Sequence record: OM135992.1
DNA from: Brochothrix phage ADU4
Reading direction: 5' to 3' (one strand)
Length of the DNA stretch: 24,000 bases
The first letter of the stretch is position 1, and each line of letters begins with the position of its first letter. The notes beneath the pieces are model-generated. The model had not been told where the DNA came from. It saw nothing but the letters and a program-made list of their open reading frames with translations, and did not search any database. The position numbers and the translations under genes were made by a program. Shown here in pieces: positions 12,057 to 20,760 of this stretch.

Positions 12057-14632
12057 TATTTCACAATCCCTTCTACCTTTTGTATAATCGTTGAGTTAGA
12101 CTTAAGTATCGCCTCGGAATTGACTACGTTGTATCTCGAATCTCGTGGTATCGTAAATGAGGTAACCCTCGAGAAGTCTAACGCTAACTCATATATGGTA
12201 GGCGACCCTCCTGTAGCGTCCGCAAGGTTTGTCGCACCAATAATGAAAGAACCCAAGCCTTCCGTAGAAGAGGGGACATAGAACTCAGATACATTATACT
12301 TGTACACACTTGACGAGTGCCATACCTTTATCCTTGTGAAGTCGGTGATAGGTCTTTTTAGTTTGTAGTATGTACCTGTGCCTCCTTGAGCAGAGCCCTC
12401 CCACAGAGTTACGGGAGTGATAGCATCAATAAATTCAAAATTCCGAGCAGATGCTGAGTTTAAGGCTTCGTACGTAGCTACACTCTGCCATGTACTCCAA
12501 ACGCCCCCATTGAGCGTTCGAGTATACGATTGCCCCTGAGTGTCCACAGCGTGGATATACCCATTTTTGTTAAAGGTATTTGCTATAAATCTAAAACTTC
12601 TACCGTTACCTAAACCATTAGATACTGTATAGTGGGCGTACCCTGATTTAAATCCGGGGTTACGGTTAACGACATCAAGCAAGTCATCCGCACTATTACT
12701 TAAATATAACAACGGCATCCCATCGTCACCTGTTACTTTGTTGTTTTGAGTAACTCCGCTATCAGCTACCGTCCACCAATCTCTGCCACCTACTCCGTCC
12801 GTGTGTATAGTTTTATACCACAAACGCCCATCCGCATTTTGGACAACCTTAAACTCCTTACGTCCTCCTGAGCTAGCTTGAAAAACATCAACCAACTTCC
12901 AAGAAGCGTCGGTATCTGGGTAGGGGCTGTTAGCTATCTTAGTACCTTCATAAAAGCCAGAAGGAAGTGTTAAGATGTCTGCGCCTGCCGGTAGGTAAAT
13001 CCTAGATTTATTGGACGTATCCAGCATAGAGTCGTGCTCTGACAATAACTTTACCCAAGGTGTCCATGCAGTCAATGGGTCTCCTTGTTTTTTAGACCTA
13101 GAGTACATCTCGCCAGACACATAGCCCGTGTAAATCTGTGTGAAATAGTTGTTTACGTTCGAGCCACCTAAGTTTCCTGCCTTAATAGTTAAGTAACCGT
13201 TACCTTCCGAAGAAGGAGTGTTCGTACATGAGTTTGCGTAGTACTCTCCCGGAACAACAGATACGTTCAAGTCTACGTTTTCTAGGCGTAGTTGTGCCCC
13301 GCTATCAGCCGTAATAGCTTTTTTCTGCCAAGTCGCTGTGACCTCCTCTGTGATGAGTTTAGTCCAACCTGACCACTTATTAACACCTCCATTATATGAG
13401 TTACGCCAAATAAGGGATGCAGTTGAGTGTTGCGCAAATGTCACGTCAATATAAGGACCCGAACGGACACGTCTAGTGTAAAATCCCGAATTACCGACCG
13501 CAGGTATATTCGTTGCGCTGGTTACGTAGACATCTAAGTTTGTTAAGTCATCTACGTTTAGTAAATCGTAACCGCTCTTCATAATTGATATACCACTGTC
13601 ATCTGTCACTTTAAATTTCTGCCAATTCGTTGCAGACCCCTCTGTTAGCATACCTGCTGTCGCTTTTTTAAGGTCCTCTTTCGTTGTATAATTTGTCAGT
13701 GCATCCGCAAGAGCAGAACCAGTTAACACTTCCGCCCAGCTAGAAAAAGTATTTGCAATGTTCATTGTACGGTAGTATACCTTACCTGACGTGTTACCGG
13801 TAAATACTTGAGTTAGTTTACTTGTTTCCGCTGTAACGAACACCATTAAAGTACCGAGTTTTTCTCCTTGGGGAGCGTTAATTGCGTTAGCGGTGTAACC
13901 AATGTAAGGTGTTCGTATAGTATTACAGTCCAGAGTAGACTGTGTACTCTTAGGTAGCATAGCCCCTTCGTCCAAGGCAATCAAAGAGTCTGCTTTAAGA
14001 GAGTAGGGAACACCAATCAACCCCGATGTAACAAAATCCTCTGCGATTGTACATGAGACTAAGTTGCGCTCTCTCGCACTCATGACAATTACAATATCAG
14101 CATTATGCGCATTTTCACCTAAGGTGAAAGATAGCCTTACCTTACGGTACTCGTCATTTTTGATATTGTCTGTGTTAGTTGTCGCAAAGTCAGACACGTA
14201 CGTAGACGAGAAATCAAGGCTAATTACTTCGTCTTTGAATGAATGTAAGAAAGAAAATACAAGTGTTTGTCTTCCCGGGATAACAACATCTTTCGGAATA
14301 GTAATTGTGATTTTAGAGTCGCCGGATACGTTAGAGAAGTTGGTAACGTTACCCTGAACCCTAGTGTTACCCTTGCTTATACTATACTTAATCTGTTTTG
14401 GTGCGCTTAGAATGGTGCCTCCTATAACGTCACCTGTTTTATTTAATATATTTGCTTCTAGCGGGACGTTGTCTTGTACCTCTTTAATTGCGTGGGAAAA
14501 CGCATTGTACATAAAGTTAGTGTTTTGCGCTGTTGGTCTATCATTCGGAGCGTAACCGTCCTTTAGTAACCCGTCAGACGGTTTAGTTCCTTTGTTGCCC
14601 CATAAAGGCACGTTAGTTTTGAAATCAGCCAA
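12056..14632 (-). CDS. Tail fibre / baseplate receptor-binding protein (858 aa) with repeated pyocin-knob-like domains
   Basis: N-terminus MADFKTNVPLWGNKGTKPSDGLLKDGYAPNDRPTAQNTNFMYNAFSHAI; repeated 'DLNxxxxxGxYxxxxxxNxPxxxxGxxxV...xxxxTQxxxxxxxxxxYxRxxxxxxxxWxxWxxL' units. Confidence 0.85.
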   Translation of the reverse strand: MADFKTNVPLWGNKGTKPSDGLLKDGYAPNDRPTAQNTNFMYNAFSHAIKEVQDNVPLEANILNKTGDVIGGTILSAPKQIKYSISKGNTRVQGNVTNFSNVSGDSKITITIPKDVVIPGRQTLVFSFLHSFKDEVISLDFSSTYVSDFATTNTDNIKNDEYRKVRLSFTLGENAHNADIVIVMSARERNLVSCTIAEDFVTSGLIGVPYSLKADSLIALDEGAMLPKSTQSTLDCNTIRTPYIGYTANAINAPQGEKLGTLMVFVTAETSKLTQVFTGNTSGKVYYRTMNIANTFSSWAEVLTGSALADALTNYTTKEDLKKATAGMLTEGSATNWQKFKVTDDSGISIMKSGYDLLNVDDLTNLDVYVTSATNIPAVGNSGFYTRRVRSGPYIDVTFAQHSTASLIWRNSYNGGVNKWSGWTKLITEEVTATWQKKAITADSGAQLRLENVDLNVSVVPGEYYANSCTNTPSSEGNGYLTIKAGNLGGSNVNNYFTQIYTGYVSGEMYSRSKKQGDPLTAWTPWVKLLSEHDSMLDTSNKSRIYLPAGADILTLPSGFYEGTKIANSPYPDTDASWKLVDVFQASSGGRKEFKVVQNADGRLWYKTIHTDGVGGRDWWTVADSGVTQNNKVTGDDGMPLLYLSNSADDLLDVVNRNPGFKSGYAHYTVSNGLGNGRSFRFIANTFNKNGYIHAVDTQGQSYTRTLNGGVWSTWQSVATYEALNSASARNFEFIDAITPVTLWEGSAQGGTGTYYKLKRPITDFTRIKVWHSSSVYKYNVSEFYVPSSTEGLGSFIIGATNLADATGGSPTIYELALDFSRVTSFTIPRDSRYNVVNSEAILKSNSTIIQKVEGIVK

Positions 14633-14660
14633 TTTTTATTCCACCTTTCAAAATTAAATG

Positions 14661-14689
14661 TTGACATAGTAGTTTGTATTTGTTATAGT
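14661..14689 (+). promoter_or_regulatory. Rightward promoter at the divergent junction
   Basis: TTGACA (14661-14666), 17-nt spacer, TATAGT (14684-14689). Confidence 0.82.
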
Positions 14690-14700
14690 TGTTTTAGGAG

Positions 14701-14973
14701 GTGATTATCATAAACTTAGATGAAGCTTACGAAAAAGCCGTTGAGGGTGCGAGCGCTTCTCAGATTGAAGGAATTGATTTCCTCTATGAGAAGGCAATGC
14801 CTAAACTAGCAACGAGCAAGCAACAAGACTACATCACGACGCTACTCACTAAAAACAGTACGGATTTAGAGACTGAGTTAGTAGGGCTAGACCCCGCACT
14901 CAGCGGTACAGTGTTAACAAGTATCACAACAACAACTGCAAGCAAACTTATCAGACGTTTGCGAGCAAAATAA
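14701..14973 (+). CDS. Hypothetical protein (90 aa); start codon uncertain
   Basis: Open frame IINLDEAYEKAVEG...; SD AGGAGG overlaps the annotated GTG, so the true start may be a non-canonical ATT/ATC/ATA. Confidence 0.65.
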   Translation: MIIINLDEAYEKAVEGASASQIEGIDFLYEKAMPKLATSKQQDYITTLLTKNSTDLETELVGLDPALSGTVLTSITTTTASKLIRRLRAK

Positions 14974-14997
14974 CCGTATACTTATAATATAAGGAGG

Positions 14998-15306
14998 ATG
15001 ACCATGAAAGTGCCATTAGGTAGTGATTACTATGTCAGAAAAGTACCACACAATTATGTTCTATTTGTAGAGTTGCGAGATGAGAAAACAGGCGAGCTGG
15101 CTATTACTAAAAAAGGGAGCATTTCCGAGAAGATTGTGGGGTACTATGGAAATACTGAGTTGCTCGCATCGGGTTTACGTGCTAACTTGATTGACGCCCG
15201 AGTGGAAACAGTTGAAACGGTAAGAGAGCTTATCAATGTTATAGAAGGAACATCAAAAGAAGTTACAGACATGGTAACAGGTTTGGAGGCTCGCCTCATT
15301 GATTGA
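14998..15306 (+). CDS. Hypothetical protein (102 aa)
   Basis: ORF track; AAGGAGG upstream. Confidence 0.7.
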   Translation: MTMKVPLGSDYYVRKVPHNYVLFVELRDEKTGELAITKKGSISEKIVGYYGNTELLASGLRANLIDARVETVETVRELINVIEGTSKEVTDMVTGLEARLID

Positions 15307-15436
15307 CAACTTGGAATTATTTGAGATAAAAGAAAGAGAGCAAGAACAACAAGCCAAAAAGGAAGAACGAGATAGAGCAGTAGAACGTCATGCAGACGAC
15401 GTGGTTATTGAGAGAGAATTTGATGGAGGGGATTAA
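15299..15436 (+). CDS. Small charged protein (45 aa), TTG start, not in the ORF track
   Basis: (TTG)IDNLELFEIKEREQEQQAKKEERDRAVERHADDVVIEREFDGGD; TGGAGG about 10 nt upstream; translationally coupled overlap with the previous stop. Confidence 0.55.
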   Translation: MIDNLELFEIKEREQEQQAKKEERDRAVERHADDVVIEREFDGGD

Positions 15437-15730
15437 ATGTACACAGTAAGATGGGAGACGTGGGGTAATGGTAACCCTAGAACCACCACGGAACACGGGA
15501 CATTCATTACAAAAGAGGAAGCCTTTCAGTCAATTAGAGACTGGTGGAGTAAAAACGAATACACGCCACCGTATGTAAGATGGCATGTAAAAGGTAAAGT
15601 GACGGTCATTGATTATGGGTTGCACTTTGCGCATTACACAATCACGGATGAAACACCGCCGTCGTATATTTTAGCAACAAAGCTAGCAGATTACGATGGT
15701 TGGGACCCTAAGTTTTTTACTAGAGACTAG
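15437..15730 (+). CDS. Hypothetical protein (97 aa)
   Basis: ORF track; GGAGGGG RBS upstream. Confidence 0.75.
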   Translation: MYTVRWETWGNGNPRTTTEHGTFITKEEAFQSIRDWWSKNEYTPPYVRWHVKGKVTVIDYGLHFAHYTITDETPPSYILATKLADYDGWDPKFFTRD

Positions 15731-15755
15731 GGGAAATGTAGTATTGCTTAAATAA

Positions 15756-15781
15756 GGGGACCATCGGTTCTCTTTTTTTTT
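15756..15781 (+). terminator. Rho-independent terminator
   Basis: GGGGACC-ATC-GGTTCTC + T(8-9). Confidence 0.8.
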
Positions 15782-15785
15782 ATTG

Positions 15786-15814
15786 TTGACATTTTGTGAG
15801 TAGCGTGATATAGT
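15786..15814 (+). promoter_or_regulatory. Promoter immediately after the terminator
   Basis: TTGACA (15786-15791), 17-nt spacer, TATAGT (15809-15814). Confidence 0.85.
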
Positions 15815-15841
15815 TTATGTATAAGAGAGGGGTGCTAGAGT

Positions 15842-16114
15842 ATGGAGGAAGATGTGTACGTCATCGGGATGGTTATCCACCATAAAAACGGAGAGAAGTT
15901 TCTTGTAAGTGTTTATGATGGTTGTGAGGATGAGGATTCGAGATTTCTGGCTATCGTGCGAGAAGTTGTTATGCCTACTAAAGGCATGTATACGTTATTC
16001 GATGAGTTCGTCAATAACTGGGCAGTAATAAACACAGAAGACATAAAAGATGTAGACATGCTGACAGACGACGACTACTTAAGCTTAATGCTAGGAGGTG
16101 CGGATGATGAGTGA
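15842..16114 (+). CDS. Hypothetical acidic protein (90 aa)
   Basis: ORF track; preceded by the promoter at 15786. Confidence 0.75.
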   Translation: MEEDVYVIGMVIHHKNGEKFLVSVYDGCEDEDSRFLAIVREVVMPTKGMYTLFDEFVNNWAVINTEDIKDVDMLTDDDYLSLMLGGADDE

Positions 16115-16190
16115 CAACTTAGTACTTATTTTAAACATAGCGTTGGCACTGGCGATTCTCCATCTATGGAAGGGAAGGAAACGAAAATGA
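16107..16190 (+). CDS. 27-aa membrane micropeptide, not in the ORF track
   Basis: MSDNLVLILNIALALAILHLWKGRKRK; AGGAGG upstream; overlaps both the previous stop and the next start (ATGA). Confidence 0.55.
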   Translation: MSDNLVLILNIALALAILHLWKGRKRK

Positions 16191-16360
16191 GCGCTTTGGT
16201 AGTATGGCTGTATTACATTATTTTGATTTATCTGTCCGCCGTAGTTTTATTTTTTACTTTGTTTTTAGGGTACTTAGCGGTAATGTTTGTTAGGGTGTTT
16301 AATGCCTCTAAAAATAAAAGGTTGACAACTGCTAAACGTAAGGGTAATGTTAAGAAGTAA
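16187..16360 (+). CDS. Small membrane protein (probable start 16187 rather than 16166)
   Basis: MSALVVWLYYIILIYLSAVVLFFTLFLGYLAVMFVRVFNASKNKR... Confidence 0.65.
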   Translation: MSALVVWLYYIILIYLSAVVLFFTLFLGYLAVMFVRVFNASKNKRLTTAKRKGNVKK

Positions 16361-16383
16361 AACAAATAGAAAGGGATGGTAAT

Positions 16384-17247
16384 ATGTTAAGAGAAATAGA
16401 AAACGCAAAAACAGTACGTAACGAAGATGTACAGGTAGGGGATTATATCATCGCTAACCATATCAGCGCTACAGGAGGCGCAGATGCTAACCTTCTTGAG
16501 GGTCTCCCTTTTGAGGACACTGTGGCTAAGGTAGACGGCATTATTAATGTTAAAGGTGTCGTTAACCTAGTTACCTCTGGAAAGTTGCTCAACGGCATCA
16601 CAGACGTCGCTAAAGGTGACTCATGGACTGTGGTTCGTCCAAACAAGGCTGAGATTCCCAAAGAGGAAGAAAAAAGTGTGCCTTTTGTTGTGGCACGTGA
16701 TGGTCGTGTTCCTAAAGATGGCACAGTTTATTATGTGGAAAGTACAGAAGGTCACGGTACCAGAATAGAAGACGCCTATGTTACATTCAGAGGTCACGGA
16801 GGAGAAAGCTACGGGTACTATGAAGACATTATGGATGGGACTGTAGTGTTAGTAAACCATAGTGACGCTAATGCGCTTCCGAGAGTAAGTGACGATGGTA
16901 CGTTAAAAGCAGGCACACACTATGTTGTGGTTTTAACAGACGGGGTAGCTGATATAGGAGATGAGTTAGTTTTCTTGCACAGCGTTGACAGCCGTAACTT
17001 CTTCTACAACATAGACAACGAGGACATTATTTCCGTACCCTGTGAATGGGTGGAAGAGGCAACATATTACTGTTCAAGCTGTAACGATGTGGATGGAGAG
17101 TGCGACTGCGGTTATAAAAACGGGCAGTATCGATGTGATGTCTGCGCAGAAGCTGGAATGGAATGTGTGTGCAACGATGACGTTGAGAAAAAAGCGGAAC
17201 AAGCGCATGACGTAACAAGCGTAGTCAGCATTCTAATGACACGATAG
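16384..17247 (+). CDS. Hypothetical protein (287 aa) with a C-terminal Cys-rich region
   Basis: ORF track; CSSCNDVDGECDCGYKNGQYRCDVCAEAGMECVC. Confidence 0.8.
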   Translation: MLREIENAKTVRNEDVQVGDYIIANHISATGGADANLLEGLPFEDTVAKVDGIINVKGVVNLVTSGKLLNGITDVAKGDSWTVVRPNKAEIPKEEEKSVPFVVARDGRVPKDGTVYYVESTEGHGTRIEDAYVTFRGHGGESYGYYEDIMDGTVVLVNHSDANALPRVSDDGTLKAGTHYVVVLTDGVADIGDELVFLHSVDSRNFFYNIDNEDIISVPCEWVEEATYYCSSCNDVDGECDCGYKNGQYRCDVCAEAGMECVCNDDVEKKAEQAHDVTSVVSILMTR

Positions 17248-17327
17248 GACCTTAGTAATCAAAGGTATTAGTGGGGTTTGGCGGTTACGATGCCGACCTA
17301 CAACTAACTTAAAAGGGGAAACAACAT

Positions 17328-18404
17328 ATGAAATTAGTAGTCCAAGGAAGTATTGTACGAGTATTTGGAGACGATTTAACAGTAAAGGACACGTTAGATG
17401 CACGAACGTATAAGGTACGATTTGATAGTGGTTCTGGATTCTTTTTAGAGCAAGCACGAGACTTTGTCTCTACAGAAAAAATGTATGGGTCGCATGAGGG
17501 TAAAATTTTGAAAGTAATGAGTGCGTTGGAGAAGATGCCACGTAGCTTAGGAGTAATCATGAGTGGAGATAAAGGTATCGGTAAGTCCTTATTCGCCCGA
17601 GCACTTGCAACATCGGCGATTGAGAAAGGGCTACCTGTTATCATTGTAGATGAGGCATACCCGGGTATTTCGGACTTTGTTGATTCCATTGAACAAGAAG
17701 TTATGGTTCTATTTGACGAGTTTGAAAAGGTATTCCGAGAGGTTGATAGTCAAAATAAACTTTTAAGCTTATTCGATGGTGTTTCTCAAACTAAAAGATT
17801 GTACGTTCTTACTGTTAATGACCTTAATCGAGTTAGCTCGTACTTACTTAACAGAACAGGACGATTACACTACCACTTGCGATTCGGTTACCCGTCCGGA
17901 GAAGACGTTATCGAGTATTTGTCAGACAAGGTAGACAGCAAGTACAAGTCAGAGATTACCGCTGTATCTAAGTTCGCTAAGCTTACAAATATTAACTACG
18001 ATAACCTACGAGCAATTGCTTTTGAGCTTAATATGGGAACATCACTCAAAGATGCCCTAACAGATTTAAATATCCTATCATTGCAGACCGATACATGGGA
18101 AGCAACTATCACAATGTCAGATGGTAATGTAGACACAGACACGGTTCGTACAGATATGGCAGTGCCGTCCGATGTATCTTTCTACGTACACGACCCTAAG
18201 GAGTACATGAATGACCGTGTAACTTTCAATACAGGTAAAGTTGTAACAGACAGCAAAGGTGGGCTTACCGTACCGGTTGAAAATACTAAGTTGGAGTATG
18301 ACGACGACCGTGACGACGAAGAGAACAAAGGCAAGGAACGACCAACAGTTAAGAGTGTTACTCTTGCGAAGCAGGGAGCACAAGCACTGCACTACAAACT
18401 ATAA
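17328..18404 (+). CDS. AAA+ family ATPase (358 aa)
   Basis: Walker A GDKGIGKS; Walker B VMVLFDEFEK; sensor-1-like LYVLTVNDLNR; LLNRTGRLHYHLRF arginine-finger-like region. Confidence 0.92.
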   Translation: MKLVVQGSIVRVFGDDLTVKDTLDARTYKVRFDSGSGFFLEQARDFVSTEKMYGSHEGKILKVMSALEKMPRSLGVIMSGDKGIGKSLFARALATSAIEKGLPVIIVDEAYPGISDFVDSIEQEVMVLFDEFEKVFREVDSQNKLLSLFDGVSQTKRLYVLTVNDLNRVSSYLLNRTGRLHYHLRFGYPSGEDVIEYLSDKVDSKYKSEITAVSKFAKLTNINYDNLRAIAFELNMGTSLKDALTDLNILSLQTDTWEATITMSDGNVDTDTVRTDMAVPSDVSFYVHDPKEYMNDRVTFNTGKVVTDSKGGLTVPVENTKLEYDDDRDDEENKGKERPTVKSVTLAKQGAQALHYKL

Positions 18405-18415
18405 AGTGTTGACAG

Positions 18416-18446
18416 CAGGTGGGCTAACGCTCACTTGTTTTTTTTT
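18416..18446 (+). terminator. Rho-independent terminator
   Basis: CAGGTGGGC-TAAC-GCTCACTTG + T(9). Confidence 0.9.
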
Positions 18447-18447
18447 G

Positions 18448-18476
18448 TTGACAATTATATTTTAGTATGTTAAGCT
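18448..18476 (+). promoter_or_regulatory. Promoter immediately after the terminator
   Basis: TTGACA (18448-18453), 17-nt spacer, TAAGCT (18471-18476; weak -10). Confidence 0.6.
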
Positions 18477-18507
18477 TAGTTTATAAAGTTAAAGGAGGAG
18501 TATCGTC

Positions 18508-18846
18508 ATGAACCAAAGACAGCAGAAGAAAAAGCTTAAGAATGCGCTAGAGATACTTAACACTATAGAGGTACTGGATAGTGACTGTGATAGCGAAAGT
18601 GTTGTGGATATAACGGTAGAGGATAGCGTGCGCAATAGAGGTATTGTATCTATGTTCTGTGACGTTTTAGAGGTGCCTAAGCGTACTTTCCTAAACTTTC
18701 TAAAAGTAGACGGAGACAACTCTGGTGAGCTAGACCTATCTATGGCGTTTGTTTATTTTAACAATCCTAAAGGGTATGAGACGTGGTACCACACGAGATA
18801 TGGTTTCACACTAAAAAGAGTTTGCACGAAAGGAGGAGCGCATTGA
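18508..18846 (+). CDS. Hypothetical protein (112 aa)
   Basis: AAGGAGG RBS at about 18495; MNQRQQKKKLKNALEILNTIEVLDSD... Confidence 0.8.
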   Translation: MNQRQQKKKLKNALEILNTIEVLDSDCDSESVVDITVEDSVRNRGIVSMFCDVLEVPKRTFLNFLKVDGDNSGELDLSMAFVYFNNPKGYETWYHTRYGFTLKRVCTKGGAH

Positions 18847-18941
18847 GTGGTATCACAGTGGCTATGTTAGTGCTGGCGGGTATTTTGTTTGGACCGGTAA
18901 TACTTGCCTATATAGTAGCTGAGCTTGATGATTTTCTTTAA
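18843..18941 (+). CDS. 32-aa membrane micropeptide, TTG start, not in the ORF track
   Basis: (TTG)SGITVAMLVLAGILFGPVILAYIVAELDDFL; AGGAGG upstream; overlaps the previous TGA. Confidence 0.5.
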   Translation: MSGITVAMLVLAGILFGPVILAYIVAELDDFL

Positions 18942-19023
18942 CTTAAGAGAGATGTAAACTAATCCTTTACATCTCTTTTTCTATGTGGTATACTGGGTTT
19001 ATAAAGTTAATAACAAGGAGGAA

Positions 19024-19743
19024 ATGAAAATGAGTACACATTCATACGTAATAGAAAACAACACCGACCTTAAGGTGGGGCGTAAGGCAAGAGAGGCGTG
19101 GCAAAAGGAGGCACAGCGTTATGTGGATGAGTTTCTTTTAAGTGCTTTTGGGATAACGAAAAGTATCAAGGTGACTGTAACCAACAGGCTAACACGCACG
19201 CACGGATATTTCAGATACTCTCAGAGTTGGGATACAGGAAAAATATCAGCAGTAGAGATAAAAATAGCAGGTCGTCTTTGTAAGGCGTACGAATACGTAG
19301 ACGAAGAGCACAAACGTGCGGTGGTTGACTTTGTAGAAGGGGCTTTACGTCACGAGGCGACACACTACGCTCTATGTTTACAAGGGGAAGACCACAGAGA
19401 CGGAGATACGCCTTTTGAGTCAGCGTTAGTCGCTACAGACACCTTACCAAGCGGGGGAACACTGGAGGCTAGAAGACGAGCGTATGTGGGGACACGACTA
19501 TCATGTTATTATGTAGGAGAGTGTAACACGTGCCATAAACAGACAAAAACCACCACAGTAAAAGGTTGGTTATGCAACTATTGCTATATAAAAGGAGTTA
19601 ACGGTACGGTAAAATGTAATAGTGTCGGGATAGATATTGCTGAGAAATGTGTAACTAAGGGTCGGGAGCTACCGCCATCTAAAACCGTACTACCAACATA
19701 CAAAGCACCAGAACCACTAAACATACAGATTGGAGGAAGATAA
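19024..19743 (+). CDS. SprT-like zinc metalloprotease-like protein
   Basis: HEATH motif in VEGALRHEATHYALC plus zinc-ribbon CNTCHKQTKT...WLCNYC; AAGGAGG followed by ATG at 19024 favours this start over 18985. Confidence 0.85.
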   Translation: MKMSTHSYVIENNTDLKVGRKAREAWQKEAQRYVDEFLLSAFGITKSIKVTVTNRLTRTHGYFRYSQSWDTGKISAVEIKIAGRLCKAYEYVDEEHKRAVVDFVEGALRHEATHYALCLQGEDHRDGDTPFESALVATDTLPSGGTLEARRRAYVGTRLSCYYVGECNTCHKQTKTTTVKGWLCNYCYIKGVNGTVKCNSVGIDIAEKCVTKGRELPPSKTVLPTYKAPEPLNIQIGGR

Positions 19744-19745
19744 GA

Positions 19746-19931
19746 ATGGCATTTATTATATTGATGGGGCTATCCTTACTAGTCGTGTTATTAGAGACGG
19801 CGATAGCCTACCTCGATTGGAGAAGAGAACCTTATAATGTTAACATTTGGTGGAGATATGACTTGGTTCTATCTGTGTATAGTCTATACATCCTATCAGT
19901 GCTTCACCGACAGACTGGAGGGGGTTTTTAA
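19746..19931 (+). CDS. Small membrane protein (61 aa)
   Basis: ORF track; hydrophobic N-terminus; RBS GGAGGAAGAT. Confidence 0.55.
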   Translation: MAFIILMGLSLLVVLLETAIAYLDWRREPYNVNIWWRYDLVLSVYSLYILSVLHRQTGGGF

Positions 19932-20106
19932 GATGAGGTTTATTATACAAGGAGTGCTAACTGTTTTATCCTATATAGGTATTACCTCTTTGCTGGCACA
20001 CATTAATGAGAAGGTTCGCCCTCAGGTAGCAGTACGGACAGCGGACGAGGAGATTAGCGAAAGAGACGAGCCTCCTGTTACCGCTTACTTAGAGAAGGAG
20101 AAGTGA
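19930..20106 (+). CDS. Small membrane protein; start may be near 19930 rather than the tracked 19837
   Basis: MRFIIQGVLTVLSYIGITSLLAHINEKVRPQVAV... preceded by GGAGG. Confidence 0.55.
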   Translation, partial: KMRFIIQGVLTVLSYIGITSLLAHINEKVRPQVAVRTADEEISERDEPPVTAYLEKEK

Positions 20107-20107
20107 T

Positions 20108-20305
20108 ATGAAAACATACACGGCTATGCAAATATCTGCACATATCATTAACACCTACAAACGATTAGGAGAGGACCTCAGTAACACTCGGCTACAAAAA
20201 TTACTGTATATTATACATGTCCGTTACCTAATACATCACGGTATACCTGCTTTCTATGATGGGATAGAGAAGCACTACAAAGAAAACCCAGAAGACATTA
20301 TATAA
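20108..20305 (+). CDS. Short Panacea/SocA-like (DUF4065-type) domain protein, 65 aa
   Basis: SAHIINTYKRLGEDLSNTRLQKLLYIIHVRYLIHHGIPAFYDGIEKH matches the start of the Panacea fold (…LSNLKLQKLLYYA…Y L…G.P.F.D.IE). Confidence 0.7.
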   Translation: MKTYTAMQISAHIINTYKRLGEDLSNTRLQKLLYIIHVRYLIHHGIPAFYDGIEKHYKENPEDII

Positions 20306-20317
20306 GGAGGGACACCA

Positions 20318-20725
20318 ATGTTAACAATTATTAGGACTAGAGAAGAACTTGCCAAGCTCATTGAGATTGCGAAAGGAAAGAGCTTTAAAGGATTCTCTAA
20401 AATGGATTCTTACTATATTAAGCAAGGAGTGCGTATATATTTACCCCTTATAGTGCGGATAACAGAGGATACTGTGGTAAAGGTGCCTAACCAAAGAAAC
20501 TATGTGTTGGACTGCACTGTAAACGTCAAGGAGTCTGACGATGACATGGACCTTGATATGGCAGGGTCTACCTACCGCATGTTTTTCCCACTGAGTTTTA
20601 GCATATCCGATATATCCGAAGCAGTCAGGGATAATAAGACGGACAAGCTTTTCACAAGCGTGCATGTGGTTAGCATGAAACTTGCGACCGTTGAGCAGGA
20701 AGGAGAATTGCTGACTCAACTTTAA
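20318..20725 (+). CDS. Hypothetical protein (135 aa)
   Basis: ORF track; RBS AAGGAGG. Confidence 0.8.
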   Translation: MLTIIRTREELAKLIEIAKGKSFKGFSKMDSYYIKQGVRIYLPLIVRITEDTVVKVPNQRNYVLDCTVNVKESDDDMDLDMAGSTYRMFFPLSFSISDISEAVRDNKTDKLFTSVHVVSMKLATVEQEGELLTQL

Positions 20726-20753
20726 AAGATACCTTTTGGTGTCTTTTTTTTGT
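20724..20753 (+). terminator. Rho-independent terminator
   Basis: AAAAGATACC-TTTT-GGTGTCTTTT + T-run. Confidence 0.88.
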
Positions 20754-20760
20754 TTAGTTG

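Noticed and set aside
12056-14632. Plus-strand ORFs 14064-14357 and 14364-14555
   Set aside because: Antisense shadows of the 858-aa fibre gene without independent signals.
17233-17689. Minus-strand ORFs 17233-17457 and 17309-17689
   Set aside because: They are antisense to the start of the AAA+ ATPase gene, which has clear catalytic motifs on the plus strand.
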